Source: Azolla caroliniana (lineage: Eukaryota > Plantae > Polypodiophyta). From it: 64,000 bases of DNA. The translations under genes and the position numbers were made by a program. The notes beneath the pieces were generated by a model. That model searched no databases. It had not been told where the DNA came from and worked only from the letters and a program-made list of their open reading frames with translations. Of the stretch, positions 47,002 to 59,243 are shown piece after piece (position 1 is the first letter of the stretch; each line of letters opens with the position of its first letter). Where the stretch lies: the NCBI GenBank assembly GCA_043228905.1, contig JBHGNT010000107.1, positions 20,364-84,363 on the forward strand. The letters are read 5' to 3'.

Positions 47002-48050
47002 GTGGAAGTCTTAGCTGAAGAAGAACGACGGGAGAAAAATAACAAAGAAGACACCCATGAAGAAGACACTAGTCAAAGAAAAAGTGAAGATACCCATGTA
47101 AGCAAAGAAAAAGGACCCCCATCAAAGAAAGTAAGAAAAATCCCCACTAGAGAAAGGCTAAAGATTTCAACAACTGAGGGCAAGAAGATGTGAACAACCA
47201 TTCTTCGAGGTACACAATTAGGATGGGGTTATTTCCTTCATGCACAACCTGACATTTATGAAGACCTAGACATGTGGATGATGAAAACCTGGGGCTCATC
47301 ACAACTCGATTCCATATTAGCTGCTTGAAGAAGGATTATATCACCGAATTGAAGAGCCGATATGAACAAGTTTATAATACTAAACATGTCATAAACAACG
47401 AGGTAGGAATGGTTTTTGCACGTGCATTTGCATGTGAAGTTCATGGTGGCATTGAAGTTGATTGGGAAGATTTTGTTCATCACCGGTCATCACATTATAG
47501 AGGGTCTTCCAATACAAACACTACTATGAAGTTTGAGGGTACCTCTCATATTGAAATCTCAGCTAGGACAACTGTATTGAATGAATAGATTGCAAAAGTA
47601 AGAGCTACATTGATAGAAAAACATGTAGAGGTGTTGTTGAGTTGCATAGCTACCATGAAAGCAAGAATGATGCACTGCTTGCCATTTTGGAAGCAGTTAC
47701 ATCAGGTGAGATGGCAGTAGAAAAGAAAGTATTATCAATATCGACTACATACGAATGGATTGCACCAACAATCCAAAATTCTGAAAGTGATGTATTGGAA
47801 GAGGAGTTGAAGAAGGAGCTGACAAATATGGGTACTCAATTGTGCTCACAAAAGAGGGATCTTGATACATGGAGGTCTTCTTGTGTAGAAATTGATGATA
47901 AGTTGTCTGAAGCCTTAAAGTTGCATTCTTAGAACCTTGCATGTTTGATGAAGGGTCTCAAAGAGAAAGGTTTAGATATTGTGTCTAGACGTAGTTGAGC
48001 ACCCCGCTTGCATGGAAAGTATAATTACAAGTATTACTATATCACGGTAC
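47002..48050 (+). pseudogene. Broken reading frames of an unknown gene (charged N-terminus, helical domain, coiled coil), possibly a transposon accessory gene
   Basis: Consecutive plus-strand ORF pieces 47002-47193, 47274-47588 and 47642-47932, with more exon-like pieces at 49154-49820. Convergent with the transposase. No family recognised. Confidence 0.4.
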
Positions 48051-48196
48051 TGGTTTATATTTGACCTTTTTGACTTTGTGTATTCTGTGGCTTTGGATTC
48101 AAGCTTGAGGCTATGGATGATGTCATTACACCATGCTTCCACACATATCATTTGCTATGTGCTAAGTACCATTTTGAGAAAGAAAATACATGTATG

Positions 48197-48348
48197 GAAT
48201 CTAAAAGTACAGTTGGACTTGAATGGTACTTAGCTTGGGGTTTAAAAGTTCAATCCTATGGTATGTGATTCTGAATCTAAAAGTACAGTTGGACTTGAAT
48301 GGTACTTAGCTTGGGGTTTAAAAGTTCAATCCTATGGTATGTGATTCT
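48197..48348. repeat. Perfect 76-bp tandem duplication
   Basis: 48197-48272 equals 48273-48348. Confidence 0.93.
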
Positions 48349-49890
48349 GCATGTAATTTGTATTATATGATTCCATTTTAGATTTGGTTTAGTATTGGTG
48401 TAGGCCAAACTCATACAACACGGTAGGAAAATAATGGTTTAGTATTGGTGTTGTTCCAAATACTATATTTTGCATCGAAATTTATGTGGTTTAGTAGTGT
48501 TGCATTCATCACAGCCAAATTTACAAATTGGTGTATAGTTTTTGTAGTACTAGACATGATACTATGACTAAATCCCTTACACGTATATTTTGTGGGCTAC
48601 TACTAGCATAGTGCACACTTCATTATGGAATTAAGTGTATAGTACCTTTAGTACCAGAATACATTGTATATTTAGGTGGTTTGGTACTACCTCCTAAATT
48701 TTCGACATTTAGTACTACCAAATGTCTTCACACTATTGCACATTCTTTTTTTGGTATTTCAATATACTTTTTATATGATTTAACACTAAGATATTTAGGT
48801 ATTTTAGTTACCGAAGACAATCTAGCTTAAGTTGTATTAGTACTAACATTATTGATTACATTGTATTCCATAATGTTCAATTGATTCAGTACTGAATGTC
48901 TTAGTTGTTTACTTGTATAACTTGTATTAGTACTAACATTGTTCATTACATTGTATGTTTTGTCTCGAGGCGATTTAGACTATGGATGTAGGGCAAATGG
49001 GCATGAAGCTCTTACTTGTTTAGTTGTAATGGTACTAACATTGTTCATTACCACCTAGATATGCATGTCCAGGTGGTTTAGTACTTGAGTCGAAAGTTCC
49101 TTCACTATTTTTGATCTCTTTGTAATATTGGACTCATGTTATAATATGAACTCTTGTTGATTCTCGCAATGAATGTTGTAGTATCCAGCAACACCACACC
49201 AGGGAAGGTAATTGACCAACCAGCCCCCACGCTACTACGTACGAAGTCTGTTGCAAATTCCAAAGTTCACAGTCGTTCCTTAGCGGTAACTGATGCATTT
49301 TATGATGAAGATGAATGTATGAGAACGGCCATTGGAATAGATGAACATGTCCTTTTTCAAACAAATTCTCCAAGCTCGGCTCAACCTGATAATGTGAAAG
49401 GTAATGTTAATTGTGTGTGTACTTCTAATTTTTGATTTGTGTGTATACTTCTAATTCCTTATGTTTCTATCAAAGAGCCGACGTAGAAGCATAATGTTAT
49501 AAGGAAATTATATGGAAAGGGGAAGAAATGCAGAGTTGACTGTAGTGGTGGATCATACATATTCTCACAAACTTTGAGAGTTGTAAACCTAATGAGTTTG
49601 ACTATCAACCACATCTTTGTGGATGTGTGTGCATCTCAGGCAATTACAATAAACGAAATTGTTCCCTCAAGCTTGGCTTTTGATTCTGTCCCTTCCCCCT
49701 CCAATGATGAAGTGCCACTTAGTAGTTTGTTACCTCCTAGCTTTAAGATGAAGAAGGGTGTAAAACCATAGAAGAATGAAACAAAAAATAGGCACCTTAC
49801 AAGATCCAGAAAAAACTAAAACTATGGATTGTATTTTGATCTTTGTTTGTACTTGATTACTAGAATATCAAAGTGATAGATATTACTTGT

Positions 49891-50256
49891 TATACTTGTA
49901 CAATCCTCTATTCTTGATTAAAGATGACATGTCTGCTATGAGTGAATCATGAGTGTCCCTTACACTTAATACTACTAGAAACACTCAACATTTAGTTTTT
50001 ACCAAACACTTCACACTTTATGTAAAAGAAATATACATATGAAAACCGAAGAGGATATAAAGAGGGAAAGAGTTATAGGCATAAAGTATGTGTATACTTG
50101 TACACTCCTTTGTTCTTGAATAAAGATGGTGTGTCTGCTATGAGTGATGAGTGCCCTTTACACTTAACACTACTTGAAGCACTTAACATTTAGTTTTTTC
50201 CAAACACTTGACACTTTATGTAAAAGAAAGATACATATGAAAACCAAAGAGGATAT
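49891..50256. repeat. Diverged direct repeat of about 165 bp (period about 200)
   Basis: TATACTTGTACA..GAGGATAT at 49891-50057 and 50093-50256. Confidence 0.85.
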
Positions 50257-50332
50257 CTTTTGATTTTTCATTCATAACTCGTAATAACCAAAAAAGATAC
50301 ATATGAAAACCAAATATAATATATATTTCCAT

Positions 50333-53191
50333 TCATTTGTCATCCATAAATAGACAAACCAAAGAAGTTACATATGAAGATCTAGCAATGTTGGATCCTG
50401 CAAGATCGCTTGCCATTCTAAGCATTAAAGAGGGAGACCTCCCCCAATATGTGTTCATGTACCTCTTGGGGACCTTGTAGACAGTGTTGTATCCCTTAAC
50501 CTTGTGCTTTGCTTGAGTCATAGTGAACTTGATTGTGGTAATGGCATGAGAATAGATTATTGCGGTGGGTGCGTCTTTTAATAATCCATACATGTTCTTG
50601 CATTGTGGCAACTTTGCATAGTAATTGCCATGCACGACAAACTCACCAATGTTGAACATGTTGCCCCAACCATCCCTCACCACTTCTTTCAATGTTGTGT
50701 TCCCTTGCTTGCAAACCACAATGTAGTAATCTTCAAAATCTTCATTTTGAGGAGATTTGAGCATTGCAAAATGATCTCCAACTTCCAATAAAATTGCCAA
50801 GTCCTCACATTGGTTGTAGTATACACTATTGTCTAAATGTTTGTTTTCTTGGATATCGTCTTTTCGTTCAATCTCAAGCTTATGCAAATTCCATTGCTCC
50901 ATGATTGATAGAATGATGCATTCATCCCAACCTTCATCTATACACATGGAACAAAAGCATGGTAAATTATCGAATAACAATTGTGTTGTATCCTTGCGAC
51001 TAGGCCCTAAAACACAATGGGTCTTGCGCGTCCCTTTCACGGTATTACAACCATATGATTTACTTCTATCCACCTCATTAGCATGAACCTCAATAAATAA
51101 TCTATTCTTACCATCATCCGACATCTTCAATGTCAGCCACTCCACTTCAATTGCTCGCTTGTAAGAGTGTGCTTGATCACAACCCTTGCGCCATCATGCT
51201 CTCCCTTTCCATGTCCAGACCTGAAGTACTTCCATTGCATCCTAATGTTGGTCAATGATCGTTTTGCATGCCTTTGTGAGTCACAAAGGTATTCAAACAA
51301 TACCAAGTTAGTGTATCACAGGTAGCCAACAATATTTTACATGGCTTAAACCATAATTAGAACTAATGCACATGAGAAGACAATACTAAGTAATAAATTA
51401 AGAATACTTTACCTAGCTTAAACCATAATTAGTATTGGTGCACGTAGGAAGATAGTACTAAGTTATAAATTAAGGATATTTTGCATGGCTTAAACCATAA
51501 TTAGTACTTGTGCGCGTGATATGACAGTACTAAGTTGTAAATTAAGGCTAGTTTACATTACTTCAACCATAATTAATACTTGTGCACTACGGAGGACAAT
51601 ACTAAGTTGTAAATTAAGGATATTTTACAAGGCTTAAACCTTAATCAATACTTGTGCACGTGGCAGGGCAATATTAAGTTCTAAATTAAGGATATTTTGC
51701 ATGGCTTAAACCATAATTAGTACTTGTGCATGTGGGATGACAGTACTAAGTTGTAAATTAAGGTTACTTTACAAGGCCTAAACCATAATGAGTACTTGTA
51801 CACGTAGGATGACAATACGAAGTTGTAAATTAAGGATACTTTACAAGGCCTAAACCATAATGAGTACTTGTACACGTAGGAAGACAATACTAAGTTGTAA
51901 ATTAAGGATACTTTACATGACTTAAACCATAATTAGTACTCCGCACTAGGGAGGACAGTACTAAGTTGTAAATTAATGATATTTTACAAGGCTTAAACCT
52001 TAATCAGTACTTGTGCACGTGGGAAACACTACTAAGTTCTAACTTAAGGATACTTTACATAGCTTAAACCATAATCTGTACTTGTGCACATGGGAGGACA
52101 ACACTAAGTCGTAAATTAATAATATTTTATAGGGCTTAAACCCTAATCAGTACTGGCGCACGTGGGAGGACAGAACTAAATGACCAATTAGTTCAGATTC
52201 ACATTTCAAGACAATACTAAGTTGTAACATAAGAATCCTAACATGACAATTTCTAGTGATGGACATGATAGAACAATAATTAGTTGTTAATAAGAGTACT
52301 AAAACATTTAATTAGTAAACAATTAGTATAGATGCAAAAGGGAGTACAATACTAAGATGTTAACTTCGAACACTAGAAGTACTAAGAGAATTACTAATTG
52401 TATGTTATACAAACATTTGTATGAGTGTTCATAGAATATTAGTATTGGTAGGAAACTGAAGCAATAGGTAAAAGAACTTTGAAATATTACTTCATTAGAC
52501 TTCCATTAATAACTACTAAACATATGTATTGAAACTCACCTGTCATGACACAGTACCTTGCAATGAAGTAGAAGGACCGTGTTGCCTTAAACTATGAGGC
52601 AACACTAGCTGACCAGACCCAATGACGATTAAAGTTAACATCTAGGGACAATAAATCTACATGGTGAAGCTTAAAACAATGTTGAACAAATAGTGCATAA
52701 TGCATTTTATCATCCGAAATGCAGAACATTGATTTTTTATGTAACTCTCTGTCTTGTCTCTAGTAACAAATATGTACAAGTATTGTAAATTGGTCATTGT
52801 ACCAATGCATTGATTGAATCTCAATTGGAATGAACTCTGAGACAAGGGTGACAACACATGTTTCCTTGTATACTTGCTTGATACGTTTACTAACGAGTCG
52901 CTTCTCTATATTTCTTGTCACATACTCTAAATATTTCCATTTCACAATATGACAATTTTCCACATCAAGTTAATTTCTACAAAATAACAATTGTGGAGAA
53001 ACCTTACATGTTCTTAGAAGACATGTACGATTACGCCACTTAGATGATGGTTGTTTTTCACAAATAAAAGACCTCCATAACTCAGAAACTAATGCATAAG
53101 TCATGTTTGGCATTACATCTATTATCCTTCACATTTGGTCTACATACCTCACAAGTCCAAACACACCCATCCCTATGTATACCCTTAGAAT
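50333..53191 (-). pseudogene. Sola2-like DDD transposase, intron-containing and decayed, with the 5' part cut by a copia insertion
   Basis: Ordered motifs EIQSMHWYNDQFTIL (about 52790-52825), ISDDKMH..FVQH (about 52680-52720), WVWSASVAS*FK (about 52585-52625), MQWKYFRSGHGKGEHDGA (51187-51240), TVKGTRKTH and CFCSMC (ORF 50333-51145). Confidence 0.8.
51330..52180. repeat. 72-bp tandem minisatellite (about 12 units) inside the transposase intron
   Basis: Unit approximately ATGGCTTAAACCATAATTAGTACTTGTGCACGTGGGAGGACAGTACTAAGTTGTAAATTAAGGATATTTTAC, starting at 51341, 51413, 51485 and so on to 52131. Confidence 0.93.
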
Positions 53192-54374
53192 TGTTGGAAA
53201 AAAGTCCCTCCGGATGGAAAGAGAAGAACCGAAATTGAAATCGATCGTATAGCCGACTCAGGGGACTATAGGTGTAAATAGTCTAAATGTGTCCCTTGTG
53301 GGCTATGTATGTAAATAGCCAGAAAGTTGTATATGTATAAATACAATGTAAAAGAATACGTTGTGCGGAAGCGTATGCGAAACACAAAGTACACAGTTCG
53401 GTAGAACATAGAAAACGCAGAGATGGAGAGGGAGAGAGAGAGAGACAAAGAGAGAGAGAGCAAACACTGAAATCTGAATTCAAAATAATACTCAATCTGT
53501 ACATACTTCGTGCTCAATGAGCACCTTATATACAAGCCCTGACAATCGGGCTGACACAAGTACTAACAGTACTTGACACTCATAAATGAGCCGCTACACT
53601 CACTCCCAAAATTATTCCTTTCGAGGAATATCTTTCTCACGGCCTCGCGGTTTACGCACCGCTACGGCCTATTGTGCGCACGGTTTTACGCACCCAGTTT
53701 ATGCACTAGGTTACGCACCCGATTACGCACCGAATGTTGAGCTTGTCTCTCAACACTCCCCCTCAAGCTCAACTTGAGGTTCCGTCCGCTCTTCCGGACC
53801 TATGCTTCAGTTCCTTCTGGCTTCACGCCTCGCTCGCGCTCCTTGACCCGTTCAATTCCGCGCACTTCGACCCTTCTGGTCGGCTTGTCTGCTTGTTTGG
53901 CCCTTCTTAGCTCCCTTGCTGTCGTGATGTCGGCGCGTCCTTCGTTGCTCTTTTCTCTGCATGGCCTTCAGTTTATCTGGCGTATCCGAATCGAACATTC
54001 CGATTGAATCGAACGCTTCCGATTCAATTCCACTGTCATTTGAATTGGCTGTCTCTAATTCGTCTCCTGTCTTTAGGTCTTTGACAACTTCCGACCACAT
54101 CTTTGTCTTGGCCTTATCTCCCCTTGATTTGGCTGTCCCCAGCTTCTTCTTATGCTTACGGCCCTTGCTTCCGTCTTCGGCTTCTTCAGTCGGTTTGAAG
54201 TCAAATTCTCCATCCGACTCCGCATCTCGGTCACTTCCGCCGTGATGCTTACCTCCGCTCCTTTCACACTCTTGTCCCTGTTCTTCCTTTCTCCCCCTTA
54301 AGTTCGGTGTGTCGAGGTGACTCAACCTAAGCACACCCGAGAAGTGCCGCAACTTGTCGAGACCAAGAGGCTTG
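53192..54374 (-). mobile_element. Copia C-family 3' end (RH end, extension, PPT, 3' LTR 53192-53755)
   Basis: KPLGLDKLRHFSGVL..NLRGR; PPT TTGAGGGGGAG; LTR TGTTGAGAGACAAGCTC..TCCAACA. Confidence 0.88.
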
Positions 54375-54788
54375 TGTTGTATGCTTGGCCGGACTAGCCT
54401 CAACACAGGTGTCTATCCGACACTTCTCCAAAGGGGTGGTAAGGATTGGATGCTAGGTTACACGCGTAAGATGATTACCCTAAGCACAGACGGTAAAACA
54501 ATACAAAGATAAAGATAAACACGCAATAATTACTTTTGTATTACTTCCGTAAAGCCTTTACAAATCATCGGATCCTTTTATAGGCATCCGGCAAGGTTAC
54601 AATCGGTGCACTTAGGCAACCGGCATCCGAATCGGTCTGGATCCGGATCGGTACAACTGTACCGGATCCGTCCCTCCGAATAATAATTATACTATTATTT
54701 ACTTCCTATTATCCGATCCGACTCCGCCTTCCCACTTGTCCTACACGCCCGTGGGAAAGTGCCTTGCACTTCGAATCCACTCCCGGCC

Positions 54789-57765
54789 TCATTCTTCCTC
54801 CAAAATATCGAGCACACTCTGCTCGAAGGTGTCCAGTGGTGCTTCTTCCTCCAATTCCTGTTCCTTGCCTGCCTGGTCTCCGACCTCCGGTTGGGTTGGC
54901 TGTTCCGTAAAAATTTGCTGCTCCGGCTCTGCTTGATCCTGTGGTGCCAGTGCTTCCTCACCGCTCCGTCCGGGTTCTTTCTGTTCTCCCTCCGTTCCAG
55001 GCTCTGGTCTGTTACCAGTGTCGCTTTCTCCGGTCTCGACTGGTCGGCTCGGTGCGCCTTCTTCCTCTGCTCCGGTGTCATCCGGTCTCAGCTCTTCTTC
55101 TGCTCCGACATCGGTCTGCTCCTGCTCTTCTTGATTTTCTTCGAACGGAAGTTCTTCTTCGGGTATTCCTTGTCGGGGTTGTTCGGTGTCGGTTGGTTCA
55201 ACTTCAGCCGGTCGCTCTCCCTCACTTATAGTGATTGGCGTCGTTCTTCCCTTGGCTTCCTGTCGTAACCGGTCCTGCTCGTATTTCTCCAACTCCAACT
55301 GAGTTGCGAGCTGCCCGTCATCCAACCTCTCTACCAACCCTCGGATTTCTTTGAGATGTTCTTCTGCTAAAGCGTAGAAATCCTCCGACAATTCTTCCCG
55401 AATGGCGACGATACTTTCTTCATCCATCTTGTAGAACTTGTCACCAGTCTTCCTCCGATTCTCGGCATCAGCTCGGAGTGTCTGCAGCTCGGCTGCCTGT
55501 TGTGACCACTCCTTCCATAGCTTTTCCGTACTTTCGTTGATGCTTGCCTGAGCTCAGGTACTCCAACCTGACATGATGAGCTTGATCCGGTCAACCCCCG
55601 CCTTAGCATGCGCATAAGCTTCTTGCTTTTCCTTCCTTGCCCGTTTTATAATGTCAGCCATTATCTGAGCCTAGGCCTCGTAATCCGCTTTCTGCTTTTC
55701 ATAGGTACTTTGTAGTTTGTTGATTGTAAAGGTCGATCTTTCCTTTTCTTCATTCCTGATCTTGGTCAGATCCAACTTTTCCCGCCTTAGCGCCTCTAAT
55801 TCCTTCCTTCTCTCCGTCGCTTGGGTTATTTGCGCCGAAAATGCTTCCTTTTTGGCACTGACCTCGTCCATTGTCTTAGCCAGGTCTAATCGGGTCTCTT
55901 TGAGCTATTCTTTCAGCTTCTCTATTTGCCGGTCGTAGTCTGCTGCCCGTTTCTTGTTATCCGACTCGACCTGCTTGTGATCTCGGTAGAGTCGATCGAA
56001 GTCCTCCGTCTTCTGCTTCAGGCGTCGGCTTACCTGAGCTCTTAACCAGTCATCCCGGTCCTTCTGTTGTCGGAGTTCTTCCTGCAGTCGTTCTATCTCC
56101 TGCTCGGCCTGTCGCCGTAGTCGGTCCTTCTCTTTTTGCAGCTTCTCTTTTTCTTCTTGTAGTCGGTCATTAGTGGCTCGGCCTTTCCGGAGGCCTTCTT
56201 CCATTTTCCGTCTGTCGTCCTCCACCGCTTTCCGCTGCTCCCTTTCTTTTTCCCTTAATGCCTCCTGAGCTTTTAACTCCTCTCGTAAGGTTTCTATTAT
56301 TTTTTCGGTCTCAGGGCCGGTTTGCAAGGCTACCGGTTCTGGTTCTGGTTCTGGTTGCTTCCTGGTTGTCCCGACCGGCTCGGTGACAACTTGTGCTTGT
56401 TGAATTCCTTCCCTTGCCTGCAACAGCTCCCCTTGCAATTCCTGGATCTGTGTTCGGAGCGCGACCAACTCCTGGGTTGTTGTATGCGTCAGATGTTGCC
56501 TACACGTTTCTTCTTCCTCTAACTGGTCCGCTACTCCCGATAACTGCTCCAAAAGCCATCTCAGCCATTGTGGCTTTGTGCTTCCTGTGTCAGGGTAGCA
56601 TTGCTCACTTCTACTCCTTAACTCCGGCTGTTTTTCCGGCCTTTTCTCTAGCTCCGGCGCTTGTTCATTCCTCTTCTCTGGGATGACCGGTTCTCTCAAG
56701 TCCGGCAAAACCGGTGTCGGTGCTGCTTCCCTCGGTACGGGTTCTGGTACTGCTTCCGCCCCGGCTACTGGAGGTGGTCCTTGCACCCTCTGGTGAGTTT
56801 TGTCAACTGGTGGAGCCGGTCCTCTCGCCCGTCTTTCCCGACCTTGTCTTGCTGGGAGTCTTACCAGTGGTTCGGATGAGTCTTCTGTTTCAGCTTCCTC
56901 CTCCGGTGCGACTACCAGATGGACCTTCTGTATGAAGGCCTCTGGTTCTGGTTCCGACCGTCGCAGCGTTATATTGATTGGTTTGAGCGCTACCGGTTCC
57001 TCCTCGGCCGATTTTCCTTTGCCTTTTCTTGCCGGTTTTGCCTTTTTTGCCGGTTCCTGTTGCTGTCGAGATGGTCCTTCCCCCCGCTGTTCTGCTTCTT
57101 CCTGGGTCCATCTGGGGGGTGTGTTTCTCCAGGATATGTCGGCGCTTTGTGACCTTTTTCGGCGTCGTCTCCTGCTGACCTCTTTTCTTTTGTTTGATGG
57201 GGAGCACCGGTGGGACTAACACCGTTAGCCATTGTGCTATCCCGGCCCATGGCTTTTTTCCTTCCACAAGGTTCTTGATGGCCTCCTTCAATCCTTCGGT
57301 TATGAAATGGAGCCAGTCCACTTGTAATCCTTCGTACGTTGCAATTAAGAACGCTGCCCGGTACCTGGGTATGGCCGGGGGACAAGAATTCACGAATCCG
57401 TATTCCATCATGGCGCGGGCCACTTCTCCGAACAGCAGGTTCTCTCCGCCCTGTGTACGGTACGCCTTGCTGCTGATGGAATACTCACCGAAATATTCGA
57501 ACAGGATTTCACTTGAAGGGTTTTCGATCGTTTGAAGTCCTCCTGCTTTTATCCCCATGAGCGCCTGCACCGCTCCTTCCGTGATTTCTGATAAATCAAT
57601 CGATGTTGCCGCCTGCTCTGGTTCTGCGTGTGGTGGAGCGTCGGCGATCCGCAACAATCCTTCTAACCCGTTCTCCCTCATCCATTGGCGTGCCTCCTCC
57701 GACAGTGCCATTGGTTCGAATTCTTCTTCTGTTGTCTGTTGTTCGGGATCGGGATGTGTGTGCAT
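54789..57765 (-). pseudogene. Extra (non gag-pol) ORF of about 990 codons: conserved globular N-domain, Pro/charged linker, long coiled coil, acidic tail
   Basis: ORF pieces 56890-57765, 55905-56786, 55671-55871 and 54789-55427. Homologs at 8456-9584 and 24660-26337. TATA-like ACTATATAAG upstream at about 57848-57857. Confidence 0.8.
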
Positions 57766-58620
57766 TGTGCGTCGGATCGCTCTTCTGTGCTTCTGCGCCT
57801 GTGTGTAGGAAAATTCGTAAAAAGTAAGTCCTTCGCAAGCCTGTGTCTTATATAGTAGTTTTTGCCCGAGCCGCCCTTTTTCGTTTCCCGCGCATGTCTA
57901 TCTCCCGCCATAATTAGTATGTCCTTTCTTGCTTGCCGCGTGTGAGTAATTCCTCGTATGTCGGTGCCCACGTTCCATGCTTTAAATAGCAAGTACACGC
58001 ACGTCCTCCTTTACTGCATGGCGCCTCTTCGTTGCATGGTGGCGCTCCCACCTCTTGTGATCTCCCCATCATTACTATGATTTTTATTTTTATTTTTATT
58101 TTTTCTTCTTTTTATTTTTATTTTATTTTATTTCTTTTTCTGTTTGTTTGGACCACGTCATTTTCTGGTCCCCCCCGATTTGTTTGGGTTGGTTCGCGCT
58201 GATACCGGATCCTTCTGTCGGATTTCCGGGATAGTCTTTGTCAGTATCAATGTCGGTTCTTCCTCGGTCCGGATAACTTCAGCAGCGTCTGTCGGTGTCG
58301 GTTCCTCATCGTGCCGGATTTCCGGGTTTTGCTTGAACGGGTTGGCTGGCATATGTCCCTTATACGGCTTTAGCCGAAACCCATTTGCCCACTTACCGAT
58401 GACTTCTCCAGACAACGTGCCGGGCTGATACGACCCATTGTACTCCTTGGTGATCCAGAACGGTCCGGTCCACCGAAACCGCAACTTTCCCAGCATGTTC
58501 CCCATCCGTGTCTGGAACATTAGCACCGGTTTCCCGACTTCGAACTCCTTTTCGTTGCCACGCCGGTGTCGGTCCACGAAAGCTTTTCTCCTCCCTTGCT
58601 CCAGTTCGAGTTGTAGTAAG

Positions 58621-59243
58621 TGTTGGGATTTCGGTCCCTTCGTATGGGATGGTCGGATGTCGGAGACGAATGCCGACAAGCCTGGTTTCGGTTTCGGATC
58701 CGGATGACGAAGACCCCGGCTTCGGTGCCGGATGACGAATGTACCCGGAGAGCGATCCGGATGCAGGGACATATCCGTGAATATGTTCGCTATGGGCCCC
58801 TGAGGCCACAGTTGTAAATAGCCCCAAAGTCATATATGTATAAATATGACTTAGGGCAAACAGTTTTGGAGTTGCTTATCATTTTTCTGTTTTTCCACTC
58901 TAGAGGAGTGAAGAGAGAGAGCAGCCGTGAGAGAGAGAGAGAGAGATAGATCGCGAGAGAGAGAGAGAGAGACGAAGAGGTAGACGCCTCCGTGTATTTC
59001 CGCCGCCTGTGGCGAGGACAGCGAGCTCAAGGTCGTCGCCTTGCAGCTCGCCATTGTATACTCCTCTTTGTATAGTGTTGGTTTGGAGTCTTGTACTCCC
59101 GTGGTTTTTCCCATCTTGGGTTTTCCACGTTAATCCCTGTGTATCGTGTCTTTCTCTGTATTTCCTATTTTCTGCTGCATTGATCCGCGACTGCTCGGTT
59201 GTGGCGGAGTGGCGAAGGTGAATCTAAGCGTCTATTCCCAATA
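58621..59243 (+). repeat. Solo LTR of the copia B family inside the gypsy integrase
   Basis: TGTTGGGA..TCCCAATA, TSD GTAAG (58616-58620, 59244-59248), similar to 14533-15126. Confidence 0.92.

Noticed and set aside
51330-52180. CRISPR-like appearance of the regular array
   Set aside because: The whole 72-bp unit repeats with no unique spacers, there are no cas genes, and the context is eukaryotic.
54789-57765. Extra ORF as an env gene
   Set aside because: No hydrophobic signal or transmembrane stretch is visible, and the sequence is mainly coiled coil and acidic.
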